Shown here: positions 17,230 through 26,109 of the stretch, piece by piece | Numbering within the stretch: position 1 is the stretch's first letter | Layout of the letters: each line of letters starts with the position of its first letter | IMG/VR virus record: IMGVR_UViG_3300009503_000030 | Location: 6,542-70,541 of that record | DNA: 64,000 nt | Strand: one strand, 5' to 3' | DNA from: a virus | The notes under the pieces: generated by a model | Told to the model about the DNA's origin: nothing | Seen by the model: only the letters and a program-made list of their open reading frames with translations | Database searches by the model: none | Made by a program: the position numbers and the translations under genes

Positions 17230-17679
17230 GTGTCTGTCAACAAGGTGTTCCTGATCGGCCATCTCGGGGCGGACCCCGAGCTCGCCTACACGCAGGGCGG
17301 CGAGCCCGTGGCCCACTTCAACGTGGCGACGAACGAGGTCTGGGTGGACCGCGACGGCAAGCGCCAGGAGCGGGCCGAATGGCATCGCATCGTGGTCTGG
17401 GGCAAGATGGCGCTGAGTTGCAAGGAGTACCTCTGCAAGGGGCGCCAGGTCTTCGTCGAGGGCCGGCTGCGCACGCGGCAATGGGAGGATCGGCAGGGAC
17501 AGAGGCGGACAACGACCGAGGTCATTGCGCAGAACGTGCAGTTCATCGGGGGGGAGGCGCCGAGCGCGCGAGGCGCCGGGAAGCCACGCCCGACCGTGCC
17601 AGAACCGTCGTTTGTCGAACCGCCGACGACCGACACGATGGAGCCGGCGCCCATCGAGGATGACCAAGTGCCGTTCTAG
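17230..17679 (+). CDS. ssb: Single-stranded DNA-binding protein
   Basis: [38 protein letters not shown] tail. Confidence 0.97.
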   Translation: MSVNKVFLIGHLGADPELAYTQGGEPVAHFNVATNEVWVDRDGKRQERAEWHRIVVWGKMALSCKEYLCKGRQVFVEGRLRTRQWEDRQGQRRTTTEVIAQNVQFIGGEAPSARGAGKPRPTVPEPSFVEPPTTDTMEPAPIEDDQVPF

Positions 17680-17687
17680 GAGGTCCC

Positions 17688-18149
17688 GTGTTGCAAGATT
17701 TCTTCAATGCAATAGCACCGCTGATCGCACGGATGGTGCAAGAGGCGGGGATGCTCCCACCAGCGGCGTTCTTGCTGCGCGGGGACGATGTTGCGATCCT
17801 CCCTTTCGTGCCGTTTCGTAGCGACGCTGACAAGGACACGGCGGTCGAGGCCGTCCGCACGGTGGTGCGGCTGAGTCGGGCGCGGTGTGTCCTGTTTGTC
17901 GGCGAGGCATGGGTCGTGAACGTTGCGGGCGAGGTCGAGGACATCGGGAGCATCCAGCCATCCGAGGACCCGCGCCGGCAAGAGATCGTGTTCGTGATCG
18001 GCGAGTCGCCATCGGAGCGCTGTGACTGGGCGGCCCCGATCATCCGCGATGAGCAGGGGGTCCGGCTGGGCGAGTTCGCGGCGTTCCCTGGCGGCGGAGA
18101 GGGCCGGTTTGGCGGCTTTTTCCCGCCGCGTCAAACGGACATCAACTAG
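17688..18149 (+). CDS. hypothetical protein
   Basis: GGAGG RBS; EAW...PSEDP.R.E pattern. Confidence 0.7.
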   Translation: MLQDFFNAIAPLIARMVQEAGMLPPAAFLLRGDDVAILPFVPFRSDADKDTAVEAVRTVVRLSRARCVLFVGEAWVVNVAGEVEDIGSIQPSEDPRRQEIVFVIGESPSERCDWAAPIIRDEQGVRLGEFAAFPGGGEGRFGGFFPPRQTDIN

Positions 18150-18222
18150 GTCGGGGAGGCCGGGCTCGAACCGGCGACATCCTGCTCCCAAAGCAGGCGC
18201 GCTACCACTGCGCTACTCCCCG
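18149..18222 (-). tRNA. tRNA-Pro(UGG), genomic 3' end A-CC-T
   Basis: Acceptor CGGGGAG/CTCCCCG, D-arm GCGC, anticodon arm CCTGC-TT-TGG-GA-GCAGG, T-loop TTCGAGC. Confidence 0.95.
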
Positions 18223-18283
18223 TGCGACGCGCTTGCGCGCACCCACGAACCAGGCCATAATACCAGAGACGGCTGCGGAGGGC

Positions 18284-19690
18284 ATGGTGGTCGTCCGATT
18301 GGTCATCCGAGCGTCTCGCAACCTCACGAAGGCGTTCGTCCCGTCGCCCGATGTGCAGCCAGTCTGGCTCGTCCGGTCCGATGGGCGGGTCCAGCGCTAC
18401 TGGGTGAAGATGGACCGTCTTCAGGCATTGGAGCGCCACCCGATCCCAGTCGGCGTGAAGGGCTACGCGGCGCTGACGCTTCCGAAAGGCGATGCCGTGT
18501 TCGAGGGGGCGCGGAAGGTGGTGCGGACGCTCCGAGACGCCGGATACGAGTGTTGGATCACGGGCGGCGCCGTGCGCAACATGCTGATGGGCCGTCCGGT
18601 GCATGACTACGACATCGTGACCTCCGCGAGACCAGAAGAGGTGCAGAAGGTCTTTCCGAAGACCGTGCCTGTTGGTGCGAAGTTCGGGGTGATCGTTGTG
18701 CATCTACCAGGGCACGGCGACTACGAGGTGGCGACGTATCGAACGGAGTTCGGGTACGCCGATGGACGGCGGCCCGGGGAAGTGCGGTATGCGACCTCCC
18801 TGAAAGAGGACCACGACCGCCGCGACTTCACGATGAACTCGCTGGTCATGGACCCAGAGACGGGCCTCGTCCTGGATATGGCGGGGGGGCTAGAGGACAT
18901 ACGGCGCCACACGATCCGGACCATTGGGGACCCGCGACTCCGGTTCGCAGAGGACCATCTGCGTGCGATGCGCGCGATCCGGTTCGCGGCACAGTTCGGA
19001 TTCGAAATCGAGAAGAGGACGTGGGAGGCGGTGCGGGAGTACGCGCCGGCGCTGCGGCGGATATCGCGCGAGCGGATCAGAGACGAGGTGGGGAAAATCC
19101 TCGACTCGGCGCGGCCAGGACTGGGCTTGCAGTTGCTGGTGCAGTCCGGCGTTCTTGATGTCATCGCGCCGGAGGTTGCGCAGAACATCCAGGGGCGGGT
19201 CAAGGAGGTGGCGGACGCTCTGGATGCGCTGCGAGACGCGGGACCGCTTGCGCGATGGGCCGTGCTTGCATGGCACACAGCGGACCCGCGGCGGTTCATG
19301 CATGGGCTGAAACATGCGGGGGATGCTCGGGAGCGCGTTGGGGCCACGGTGGACACAGCGCACGCGATCCAACACCTGCCTGATCCGGACATGGCGGTCG
19401 AGAAGCGTGTCCTGAGGCGCGACGAGGCGCGTGATGCGCTGGCCGTGCTGCGGGCGCTCGGTCTCAGTCCGGAGGCCGTGAAACATGCAGAGGAGCGGTT
19501 GAGGCGCTGGACGCGGGAGTCCATGTTCCCGCCACGGCTGGTGACGGGGGATGATCTGATTGCCGCCGGCATGAAGCCTGGGCCGGCCATCGGCGAGGCT
19601 CTGCGGCGCGTAGAGGACGAGTGGCTGCGGGGGCACATCCGGACCCGCGCAGAGGCGATGCACATGCTTTTCGATTCGGAAGGTACTTGA
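18284..19690 (+). CDS. cca: Class II tRNA nucleotidyltransferase (CCA/A-adding) with N-terminal extension
   Basis: GGAVRN..DYD, EVATYRTE..Y.DGRRP loop, RRDFTMN, EDHLR, ISRERI.DE, TGDDL..G..PGP.IG. Confidence 0.92.
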   Translation: MVVVRLVIRASRNLTKAFVPSPDVQPVWLVRSDGRVQRYWVKMDRLQALERHPIPVGVKGYAALTLPKGDAVFEGARKVVRTLRDAGYECWITGGAVRNMLMGRPVHDYDIVTSARPEEVQKVFPKTVPVGAKFGVIVVHLPGHGDYEVATYRTEFGYADGRRPGEVRYATSLKEDHDRRDFTMNSLVMDPETGLVLDMAGGLEDIRRHTIRTIGDPRLRFAEDHLRAMRAIRFAAQFGFEIEKRTWEAVREYAPALRRISRERIRDEVGKILDSARPGLGLQLLVQSGVLDVIAPEVAQNIQGRVKEVADALDALRDAGPLARWAVLAWHTADPRRFMHGLKHAGDARERVGATVDTAHAIQHLPDPDMAVEKRVLRRDEARDALAVLRALGLSPEAVKHAEERLRRWTRESMFPPRLVTGDDLIAAGMKPGPAIGEALRRVEDEWLRGHIRTRAEAMHMLFDSEGT

Positions 19691-19715
19691 CAAGTCCGCG
19701 AGACATTGTGAGAAT
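19687..19715 (+). promoter_or_regulatory. sigma70-type promoter for the head operon
   Basis: TTGACA-17-GAGAAT with extended TG; overlaps the AAGTCCGCG motif. Confidence 0.6.
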
Positions 19716-19721
19716 GGTGGT

Positions 19722-20990
19722 ATGGACGGTGCGGCGCTACAGCACAGCACGTCGGAGAGCCTGATGCTCGTGCTTGAGTCGCGGCCAGACATCCGGCTCC
19801 CACAGACGAAAGTGCCCCTCGTGCCTATCGTCGGGATCGCCTCGACCGATGTGGTGGATATCGAGGGGGAGAAGATTCCGCAGGACGCGCTGGATTGGTC
19901 CTACTTCCTGCGGATGGGCCGGATCACCGACAACCACGGGCGGTCTGCGGGCGATGTCATCGGGTATCCGACGAAGGTGGAACCAATCACCCTTCCGAAC
20001 GGCGTGAAGGGCACGTGGATCGAGGGGTATCTGTATGGGGATGATCGGACGCTCCCGATCATCGAGCGGATGCGGGCATCGCAAGCCGTGGGTCGTCCAT
20101 ACGGCCTGTCCATCGAGGCGGGGAACGCGCAGTACGACGAGACGGAGACACCGAAGCGCCTGATCAAGGCGGACGTGATCAACGTGGCGTTGACGCCGTA
20201 CCCGATCAACCCAGCGACGTTCGCGGCGGTTATGCGGTCCGTCCTCAAAAAAAAGGGGCTTGACAAGAGTCTCGCATTTGGAGACCCTTCAAGTGTGAAG
20301 TTCGAGGGCGGGGCGGCGCTCGTGCCGCAGGACCTCGGAACAAGGTGGTTGCGTCACGGAGGTGTAGCGATGGGAAGCATCAATGAGGAAGCCGTCGGGA
20401 AGTTCCTCGCGGGGCTTTCGGAGGAGGAAAAGGCGTGCCTCCGGAAGGCGCTGACCGAAGAGGACACCGAGGGCGAGCCGAGCGGCCTGACGGTCGCAGA
20501 TGTGCTGAAGGAGGAGAAGGACGAGGCGGAGGGCCTGGAGAAGGGCGTCGCGGAGGTCGCCCACGGCGTGGACGCCGTGGAGATCGATGTGACCGAGTTC
20601 CTGAACAACCTGAACCAGGCGATCCAGCAGGGGTTCGGGGACCTCAAGGCGCTCCTGGAGCAGGTGTCGCGGGCCGTCGAGAAGTTCACGGCGGCGCCGC
20701 AGGCAGCCGCGATCCCCGAGGCCGTGCTCTCGGACATCAGCGAGATCAAGGGGATGCTCGCGAAGTTCGGGGCGGAGCCGGTGGTGAAGGGCGTCGCCCA
20801 CGGTCTGCCAGGGCAGCCCTCGGTCTCGCAGGGCAAGTCGCCGGCGGTGATCAAGGGCCTGCTCCTCGGGAAGGCGAACGACCCCAGCCTGGACATGAAG
20901 GTCCGGTACGGCGCGGCGCAGTTGGCGGCGAAGGTCGAGTGCGGGTACATGCCGACCGCAGTCGAGCTCGCCACCTATGGGATTTCGTGA
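19722..20990 (+). CDS. Prohead protease with nested scaffold (internal start 20370)
   Basis: GIAST..VDIEGE, DNH, GLSIE, NVALT..P.NP.T; acidic helical C-half with a GGAGGT RBS. Confidence 0.85.
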   Translation: MDGAALQHSTSESLMLVLESRPDIRLPQTKVPLVPIVGIASTDVVDIEGEKIPQDALDWSYFLRMGRITDNHGRSAGDVIGYPTKVEPITLPNGVKGTWIEGYLYGDDRTLPIIERMRASQAVGRPYGLSIEAGNAQYDETETPKRLIKADVINVALTPYPINPATFAAVMRSVLKKKGLDKSLAFGDPSSVKFEGGAALVPQDLGTRWLRHGGVAMGSINEEAVGKFLAGLSEEEKACLRKALTEEDTEGEPSGLTVADVLKEEKDEAEGLEKGVAEVAHGVDAVEIDVTEFLNNLNQAIQQGFGDLKALLEQVSRAVEKFTAAPQAAAIPEAVLSDISEIKGMLAKFGAEPVVKGVAHGLPGQPSVSQGKSPAVIKGLLLGKANDPSLDMKVRYGAAQLAAKVECGYMPTAVELATYGIS

Positions 20991-21001
20991 GGAGGTGAGC
21001 G

Positions 21002-22396
21002 ATGAACATCCAAGAAGGATTCGGGTCGATCAGCCCAAGCGAACTGATCGAGTTGCGCAAGGCGCTCGCCTTCAACACGCCGACGCCGGCGACTGGGGGC
21101 GAGGGGTACGGATGGCCGCTCGTCCCACAGGACATCGAGGCGGTCCTCGCGATGGCCACGATCCGCGCGAAGCAGATTCGCTTCTACCAAGCCATCCCGA
21201 AGCCCGATGAACTGCTCGGGAGTGCGGTGTACGAGTACACCCGCCAGCAGGAGATCGGCTACGACGTGGAGCCGTTCGTGACGGAGGGGGTGCTGCCCTT
21301 CGAGCACGTCTCGCAGTACAAGCGCGAGTTCACCCGCGCGAAGTACATGGCGACGCTCCGGCGGGTGACGGACGTGATGGCCTCGGTGAACACCATCGGG
21401 GGCGCCGACGCGGTGACGAGGGAGAGCGTCAACGGGACGATTCACCTGTTGGCCCAGGTCGAGCGTGGACTGTTCCACGCCGACGAGAGCCTCAATCCCG
21501 CGGCGTTCAACGGAGTGTTCGCGACGATCCGCAACCAGTTCGCCGAGAACATCGTGGACCTGCGGGGGGCCGAGATGAGCGTGGACACCTGTCTCGAGCT
21601 CACGGCCCAACTCGTGAACCCGCCGCGCTACGCCTTCCCCCAGGCGATGTGGCTGTCGCCGTCGGCGCTGGTCTCGCTCGGGAAGGAATCCACGAGCCAG
21701 CTCCTCTACTTCGCGGACCCGACGAACCCACAGCAGTATCGTCCGGCGGTGGGCGCGCTGCCTCGGGGGTTCATGGGGGCGCATGGGGAGATGGTGGTGT
21801 ACGAGCCGGACATCTTCCTGGAGCCGGAGTTCCCGCGGTCGGAAGCCTCCGTCGGGGACGCGCCCGAGCAGACGTTCAGCGTGACGCCTGCGGTGGTGGA
21901 CCCAGGCCCTGGCGAGACGTCGCAGTTCGCGGCGGGCGATGCGGGTGACTACATCTACGGAGTGGCGGCAGTCGGCCCAGGTGGGCGGTCGGCCATCGCG
22001 AAGACCGCGGCCCAGACCGTAGCCGCTGGCAAGAAGGTCACCCTGACCATCGCGAAGACTGGTGGGTCGGTCAATGACATCACCTACTACCAGGTCTTCC
22101 GCACGCGGAAGGGCGAGACGAAACTCTGGCTGATCGGGGGTATCGCGTACAACGGGGGCGTCGCGTCCGTCACCTTCAGTGATCTCAACGACGAGATTGC
22201 GGGGACGAGCAAGGCGCTGATCTTGGAGTACGACCCGACGGTCATCCAGTTCAAGCGCCTCCTGCCCCTGATCCGCATCCCGTTCGCGAAGATCGACCTG
22301 TCGGTGCGCTTCGCGGTGGCCCTGTTCGGGATGCCGGTCATCGAAACGCCGACGAAGATTCTCTGCATCAAGAACATCGCCTCGACGCAGAAGTGA
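21002..22396 (+). CDS. Major capsid protein (Twort/SPO1-like)
   Basis: Follows the protease; LRKAL, LVPQDIE, E..LF.AD, FNG, IVDLRG, Ig-like insertion. Confidence 0.88.
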   Translation: MNIQEGFGSISPSELIELRKALAFNTPTPATGGEGYGWPLVPQDIEAVLAMATIRAKQIRFYQAIPKPDELLGSAVYEYTRQQEIGYDVEPFVTEGVLPFEHVSQYKREFTRAKYMATLRRVTDVMASVNTIGGADAVTRESVNGTIHLLAQVERGLFHADESLNPAAFNGVFATIRNQFAENIVDLRGAEMSVDTCLELTAQLVNPPRYAFPQAMWLSPSALVSLGKESTSQLLYFADPTNPQQYRPAVGALPRGFMGAHGEMVVYEPDIFLEPEFPRSEASVGDAPEQTFSVTPAVVDPGPGETSQFAAGDAGDYIYGVAAVGPGGRSAIAKTAAQTVAAGKKVTLTIAKTGGSVNDITYYQVFRTRKGETKLWLIGGIAYNGGVASVTFSDLNDEIAGTSKALILEYDPTVIQFKRLLPLIRIPFAKIDLSVRFAVALFGMPVIETPTKILCIKNIASTQK

Positions 22397-22540
22397 TGAC
22401 GGATGGCCGGTGAGCGGCGCGACGGCCCCAGCGTATCGGTTGGGGTAGTCGCGAGCCGGTCCTAGTCCTACCGAGCAGGCGGTGGCGGTCATCGCGCAGC
22501 CCCGCGCGATTGCCACGCAGTTCAGGCGCCTGTCATGTGG

Positions 22541-22576
22541 GCGTTGAGGGTATCTCTGGACCTACGAAGCAGAGAC
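22541..22576 (+). repeat. Solitary CRISPR repeat downstream of the capsid gene
   Basis: GCGTTGAGGGTATCTCTGGACCTACGAAGCAGAGAC; TCTCTG/CAGAGA stem intact. Confidence 0.85.
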
Positions 22577-22614
22577 GCCGCGAGACACGGAGCCGACCCC
22601 GTTAGCCTGTCTCA

Positions 22615-23046
22615 TCAGGTAGCCGCAGAGCCACGGACGGCGCGGCGTTGGCGCGTCGTTGGAACGTGTTGGAATGCCTCTGCCGATTGAGCGGTGATCA
22701 TTGCAGTAATCAGTGGGGGCGGAAGTGACATGGAGTTCGCGAGGAGCTGTGAAAGGTATTTTCCGAGGGCCGCCGCGGTGTAGTGGCGGCGTCCCGTGGC
22801 TGTTGCTGCGTCTTCTGCTTTCTGCGACAGCTCCTGGTTGCGCTGCTTGATGACACGGTACGCATCGCGCAACCATCCTGGCACGCTCTCTAGATGGGCG
22901 CGTACCCAGCGGGTGCGCTGGGTGGGCGTGGGGGGGTCGTTGCGAGGATCGGTGTATGCTTCGACTTCCGCTATCGTTGCAAGTTCCTTCGTGGCACCTC
23001 CTGCTGTGGACATTCTATCGCGAATCACATCCACGTCAAGACTCAA
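22615..23046 (-). CDS. hypothetical protein
   Basis: Last ORF of the neck operon; start uncertain. Confidence 0.5.
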   Translation of the reverse strand: MSLDVDVIRDRMSTAGGATKELATIAEVEAYTDPRNDPPTPTQRTRWVRAHLESVPGWLRDAYRVIKQRNQELSQKAEDAATATGRRHYTAAALGKYLSQLLANSMSLPPPLITAMITAQSAEAFQHVPTTRQRRAVRGSAAT

Positions 23047-23671
23047 CCGTCACCTTGCCGCGTACACCTGGCCGCACCTCTTCGATATCGAGCCCGACGA
23101 GGGCCGGCGGGTGCAAGACGGCGGCGTCCCATGTGGCAACCGCCGCGATCACGCCGGAGAACGTCCAGGATTGCGCGCGTGCCCACAGGTCTTCTGGGAG
23201 ATACTGGGGCATTGGCATCAGATCGCGGGAGCCGGTGTACACCAGGCCCGCGATCCCAGAGGAGAGAAACGCATCGCGTCCAGCGAGGACCGCACCCATC
23301 GCAAGCGCATGGAGGACGCGGATCAGGGTGGCATTCCGTCCGACAGACCAGATGTCCACCGTCTGCGAGACGAGGATACAGTGCTCCTCGTCTGGGTGGT
23401 CCATCGGGGCGCCGATGAGGCCAATCGGCTGGACTTCTGGGCGCTCGGCATTCAGAAACACGGCCCAGATGGGGTAGGCGCCCAACTCGCGCGGGTATCC
23501 AAGGACGATCTGTGGGTTCTGTGTGCGTAGGAGGTCGCGGACCTTCACGCGAGTCGCCGCATCCAGGTCCGGCAGCAGCCGTTCCCACGCGGCATCGTCC
23601 GTCTGCAAGATGGCCCAGGTGGCACGCAGAAGGTTGTGGACGAGGACATCCGAACCGAAGGAGAAGGACAT
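23036..23671 (-). CDS. putative tail-terminator/neck protein
   Basis: Position in neck operon; GYPRE...P pattern. Confidence 0.55.
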   Translation of the reverse strand: MSFSFGSDVLVHNLLRATWAILQTDDAAWERLLPDLDAATRVKVRDLLRTQNPQIVLGYPRELGAYPIWAVFLNAERPEVQPIGLIGAPMDHPDEEHCILVSQTVDIWSVGRNATLIRVLHALAMGAVLAGRDAFLSSGIAGLVYTGSRDLMPMPQYLPEDLWARAQSWTFSGVIAAVATWDAAVLHPPALVGLDIEEVRPGVRGKVTVES

Positions 23672-23674
23672 CGG

Positions 23675-23953
23675 TCACCTCAGCAGTTGCCTGAACACCT
23701 CTTTTGGCCGGAGCGTCCGGCCCCAGACGGCCTTGTACCGGTCGCGGTCTCCGTGATGGACGAGTAGTGCGGTGAGCGGTCCGATGATGCGGATGTCTGG
23801 GCCGCGCAGCCGTTGGAAGCCCCAACGAAAGGCGCCAGCGGATTGGTACTCCAAGGCGTACTGCGCCTCGCGGATCAGGTGATTCATCACGGTGCGCGCC
23901 GCGAGACGCGGCAGTTCTGCAAGGAGGTTCGTGTAGTAGTCGTTGACCGTCAC
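23675..23953 (-). CDS. putative neck/tail-completion protein
   Basis: GTGA overlap and position in operon. Confidence 0.45.
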   Translation of the reverse strand: MTVNDYYTNLLAELPRLAARTVMNHLIREAQYALEYQSAGAFRWGFQRLRGPDIRIIGPLTALLVHHGDRDRYKAVWGRTLRPKEVFRQLLR

Positions 23954-24747
23954 GTCAGCAACTCCATCGCGAGGTGCTCCAGGCGGCACATCACCTGCAC
24001 GGGGGTGATGACCTGGTAATCCTCTGGGCTCTTCTTCTGCCCGCGCGTCTGGCGGACGGTGTGGGGATACGAGATCACGCGGAACGCTGGACGGCAGATG
24101 TAGTAGATGGAGAAGCGCTCCCCTGGGCGAGGGGCGGTGCCGGCGGCATCGCCGATGGACCAGTCAATGCGCCCGCTTGCGTCAATCGTGAAGTCGGTTC
24201 CGCGTTTCAACTCTGGGCCAGCGACACCATTCGCTTCACGTCTCGCGAACAGGACGCTCTGCTTGATGGTGCCTGTTGCGGTGGTCACGTCGATCTCGGT
24301 GATCGCGTAGCGCAGGCGCTGGACCGGACCCGCGGTGCGTGTGGTGGTCTCCGACATCCGCATGGTGGCGTCGATCAGTGTCATGCGGTCTCCGTAGGCA
24401 GGGGCGTGCTCAGGGCGCATGGACATGAGCACGGTCCCGACTTCAAAGGGACCCATGCGGTCGTAGTAGAGGACGTCGCGGTGGAAACCGACGACGACCG
24501 CTCGGACCTCCTGGATAAGGGGTCCGAACTCCCATCCAGTTCCGCCGCAGATGGGGCACGAGATGGCGGCGGCCTGGGAGCCAGTCGCGCCGCCACATGG
24601 GCAGCGGATCGCGACCTCCCACAGGACCCGCTGGCCGTGGGTTCCGAGGAGGCGGTTGAACAGCCGCAGGTCGAGGTCCACGCGCGGTTGGAGTTTTGGG
24701 GGCCAGGGGAGTGGAAGGAATCCTGTGTCTTGGGAGGGATGCGGCAT
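23950..24747 (-). CDS. Head completion/neck protein
   Basis: VLWE.AI.CPC...C..CGGTGW, DR.T, SIYY pattern seen in Twort-like neck genes. Confidence 0.7.
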   Translation of the reverse strand: MPHPSQDTGFLPLPWPPKLQPRVDLDLRLFNRLLGTHGQRVLWEVAIRCPCGGATGSQAAAISCPICGGTGWEFGPLIQEVRAVVVGFHRDVLYYDRMGPFEVGTVLMSMRPEHAPAYGDRMTLIDATMRMSETTTRTAGPVQRLRYAITEIDVTTATGTIKQSVLFARREANGVAGPELKRGTDFTIDASGRIDWSIGDAAGTAPRPGERFSIYYICRPAFRVISYPHTVRQTRGQKKSPEDYQVITPVQVMCRLEHLAMELLT

Positions 24748-25535
24748 CAGGCGACCTCGACGCCGATGGCTCCGCCCTGATACTTCGCTTTCAGGGCAGG
24801 CGCCAACACCTTGATATCCTTCCAATACTGGATGATGCGCGCGCCGTAGCCGGCGTTCGTCGCGGACGACGTGGTCCCGATGGACTGAGACAGGCCGTCC
24901 AGCGAGACGGAGAGATTCGCGATACCGGCCCCGACGATGAGATCGCCGGCGACGTTGAGCATCATCATGGACTGGACCATCCCCGCGAGGTGCGTCAGGT
25001 CGCCTGGGAGGTCCTCGATGCTGTAGCCGGCCTTGTACCGGAAGCGGATGAAGTCAGGGAGGTACGGGCCGTACTGCGAGACGAAGTATCCCATCCACGC
25101 GAACCCGACGAGGGCCATCTGATCAATCTTGCCGGTGACCGGCACGATGCGCACGTGGCCGGAGAGCGGGTCGCGGACGTTGATCCATTCGCGCGGCACG
25201 TCGTACAACTTCATGGTGCCGTAGTACAAGGAGGCGGACATCACCTCGACGACGGGGCGCTCGGGCAACTTCACGTGAATCCAGCGGTTCCATTCAAAGG
25301 CGCGGTAGTCCTCTTTGTGCTCGAACTCCTGGACGGGGCAGCGGACGCCGATCTCGGTATGGAGGAAGGCGAGTGCGTAGTCTCGCGCGACCTCGTACAT
25401 GGTGCCTGGGAAGGTGGTGAAGGTATCGTCGGTGTCCGAGACGCCGAACAGGTAGGAGGCGTCGAGCCATTCCTTTGTGAATCGCGCGGACTTCGGGAGC
25501 GGTGGGGCCGGCGGGGGTGCTCCAGGGTCGGCCAT
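24747..25535 (-). CDS. Head-tail connector/adaptor
   Basis: YLFGV, RPV, Y.AG, GDLIVGAGIA..S.S.DG.S.SI.TT.SA...GYGARI. Confidence 0.75.
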   Translation of the reverse strand: MADPGAPPPAPPLPKSARFTKEWLDASYLFGVSDTDDTFTTFPGTMYEVARDYALAFLHTEIGVRCPVQEFEHKEDYRAFEWNRWIHVKLPERPVVEVMSASLYYGTMKLYDVPREWINVRDPLSGHVRIVPVTGKIDQMALVGFAWMGYFVSQYGPYLPDFIRFRYKAGYSIEDLPGDLTHLAGMVQSMMMLNVAGDLIVGAGIANLSVSLDGLSQSIGTTSSATNAGYGARIIQYWKDIKVLAPALKAKYQGGAIGVEVA

Positions 25536-25725
25536 CGCTTGACCTCCGTGTCGGCGAGGGGTCACGAGCCCCTTCTGGGGTTAGTGTACCACGCGAGTCG
25601 CGCACGTTCCACTGGGGGCGCGCGCGGTGGCCCTGGTCTGGCGGTGTAGTCGGGTCTGCGGTGCACGATGCGGCACGCCGCGTGCCGCGCTGGTGTCGCG
25701 GCGCCAGAGGCGGCGGGCGGTTCGC

Positions 25726-25987
25726 AAGTCCGCGTAATGACGCGCGATGTGCAAATACCCGCATGGTTGCGCGAGATGAGCGTGTCCCTGGCGCGCAACT
25801 GCGCGATATCACGGCACAATGTGACATCGTGGGACGGCGGCCCCGTGAGTCCGCGACTTCGCGAAACGCCTATGATATCGCGGACTTGTGAAATCGTGGA
25901 AACAAACCTTTGTGACCGGCGGTAGGATGGGGGCAGAGGCGCGGACGAAGCGCCATCCCGCCGATGGGCGGCGGGTGAAAAGGAGGG
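25726..25987 (+). promoter_or_regulatory. Early promoter island 3
   Basis: 34-bp box at 25756-25789, AAGTCCGCG motifs, TAGGAT, two-hairpin leader, AAAAGGAGG. Confidence 0.65.
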
Positions 25988-26109
25988 AACCAGCCATGAT
26001 AGGTTGGGAGGTGGGTGGTCTCCGCTGTGCGTAGGGGTCGGCGGAGGGTCCGCTACACGGCGACCGGCGAGGTCACGGGGGTCGAAGAACCCCCACATGG
26101 GAGGTACGT

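Noticed and set aside
18149-18222. tRNA as a prophage attachment site
   Set aside because: No integrase or duplicated tRNA end in the window, and phage genes lie on both sides.
19056-19084. ATCAGAGAC repeat-end match in the cca gene
   Set aside because: It encodes the conserved ISRERIRDE motif.
22748-22775. GTGAAAGGTATTTTCC as a further repeat
   Set aside because: No hairpin and poor identity.
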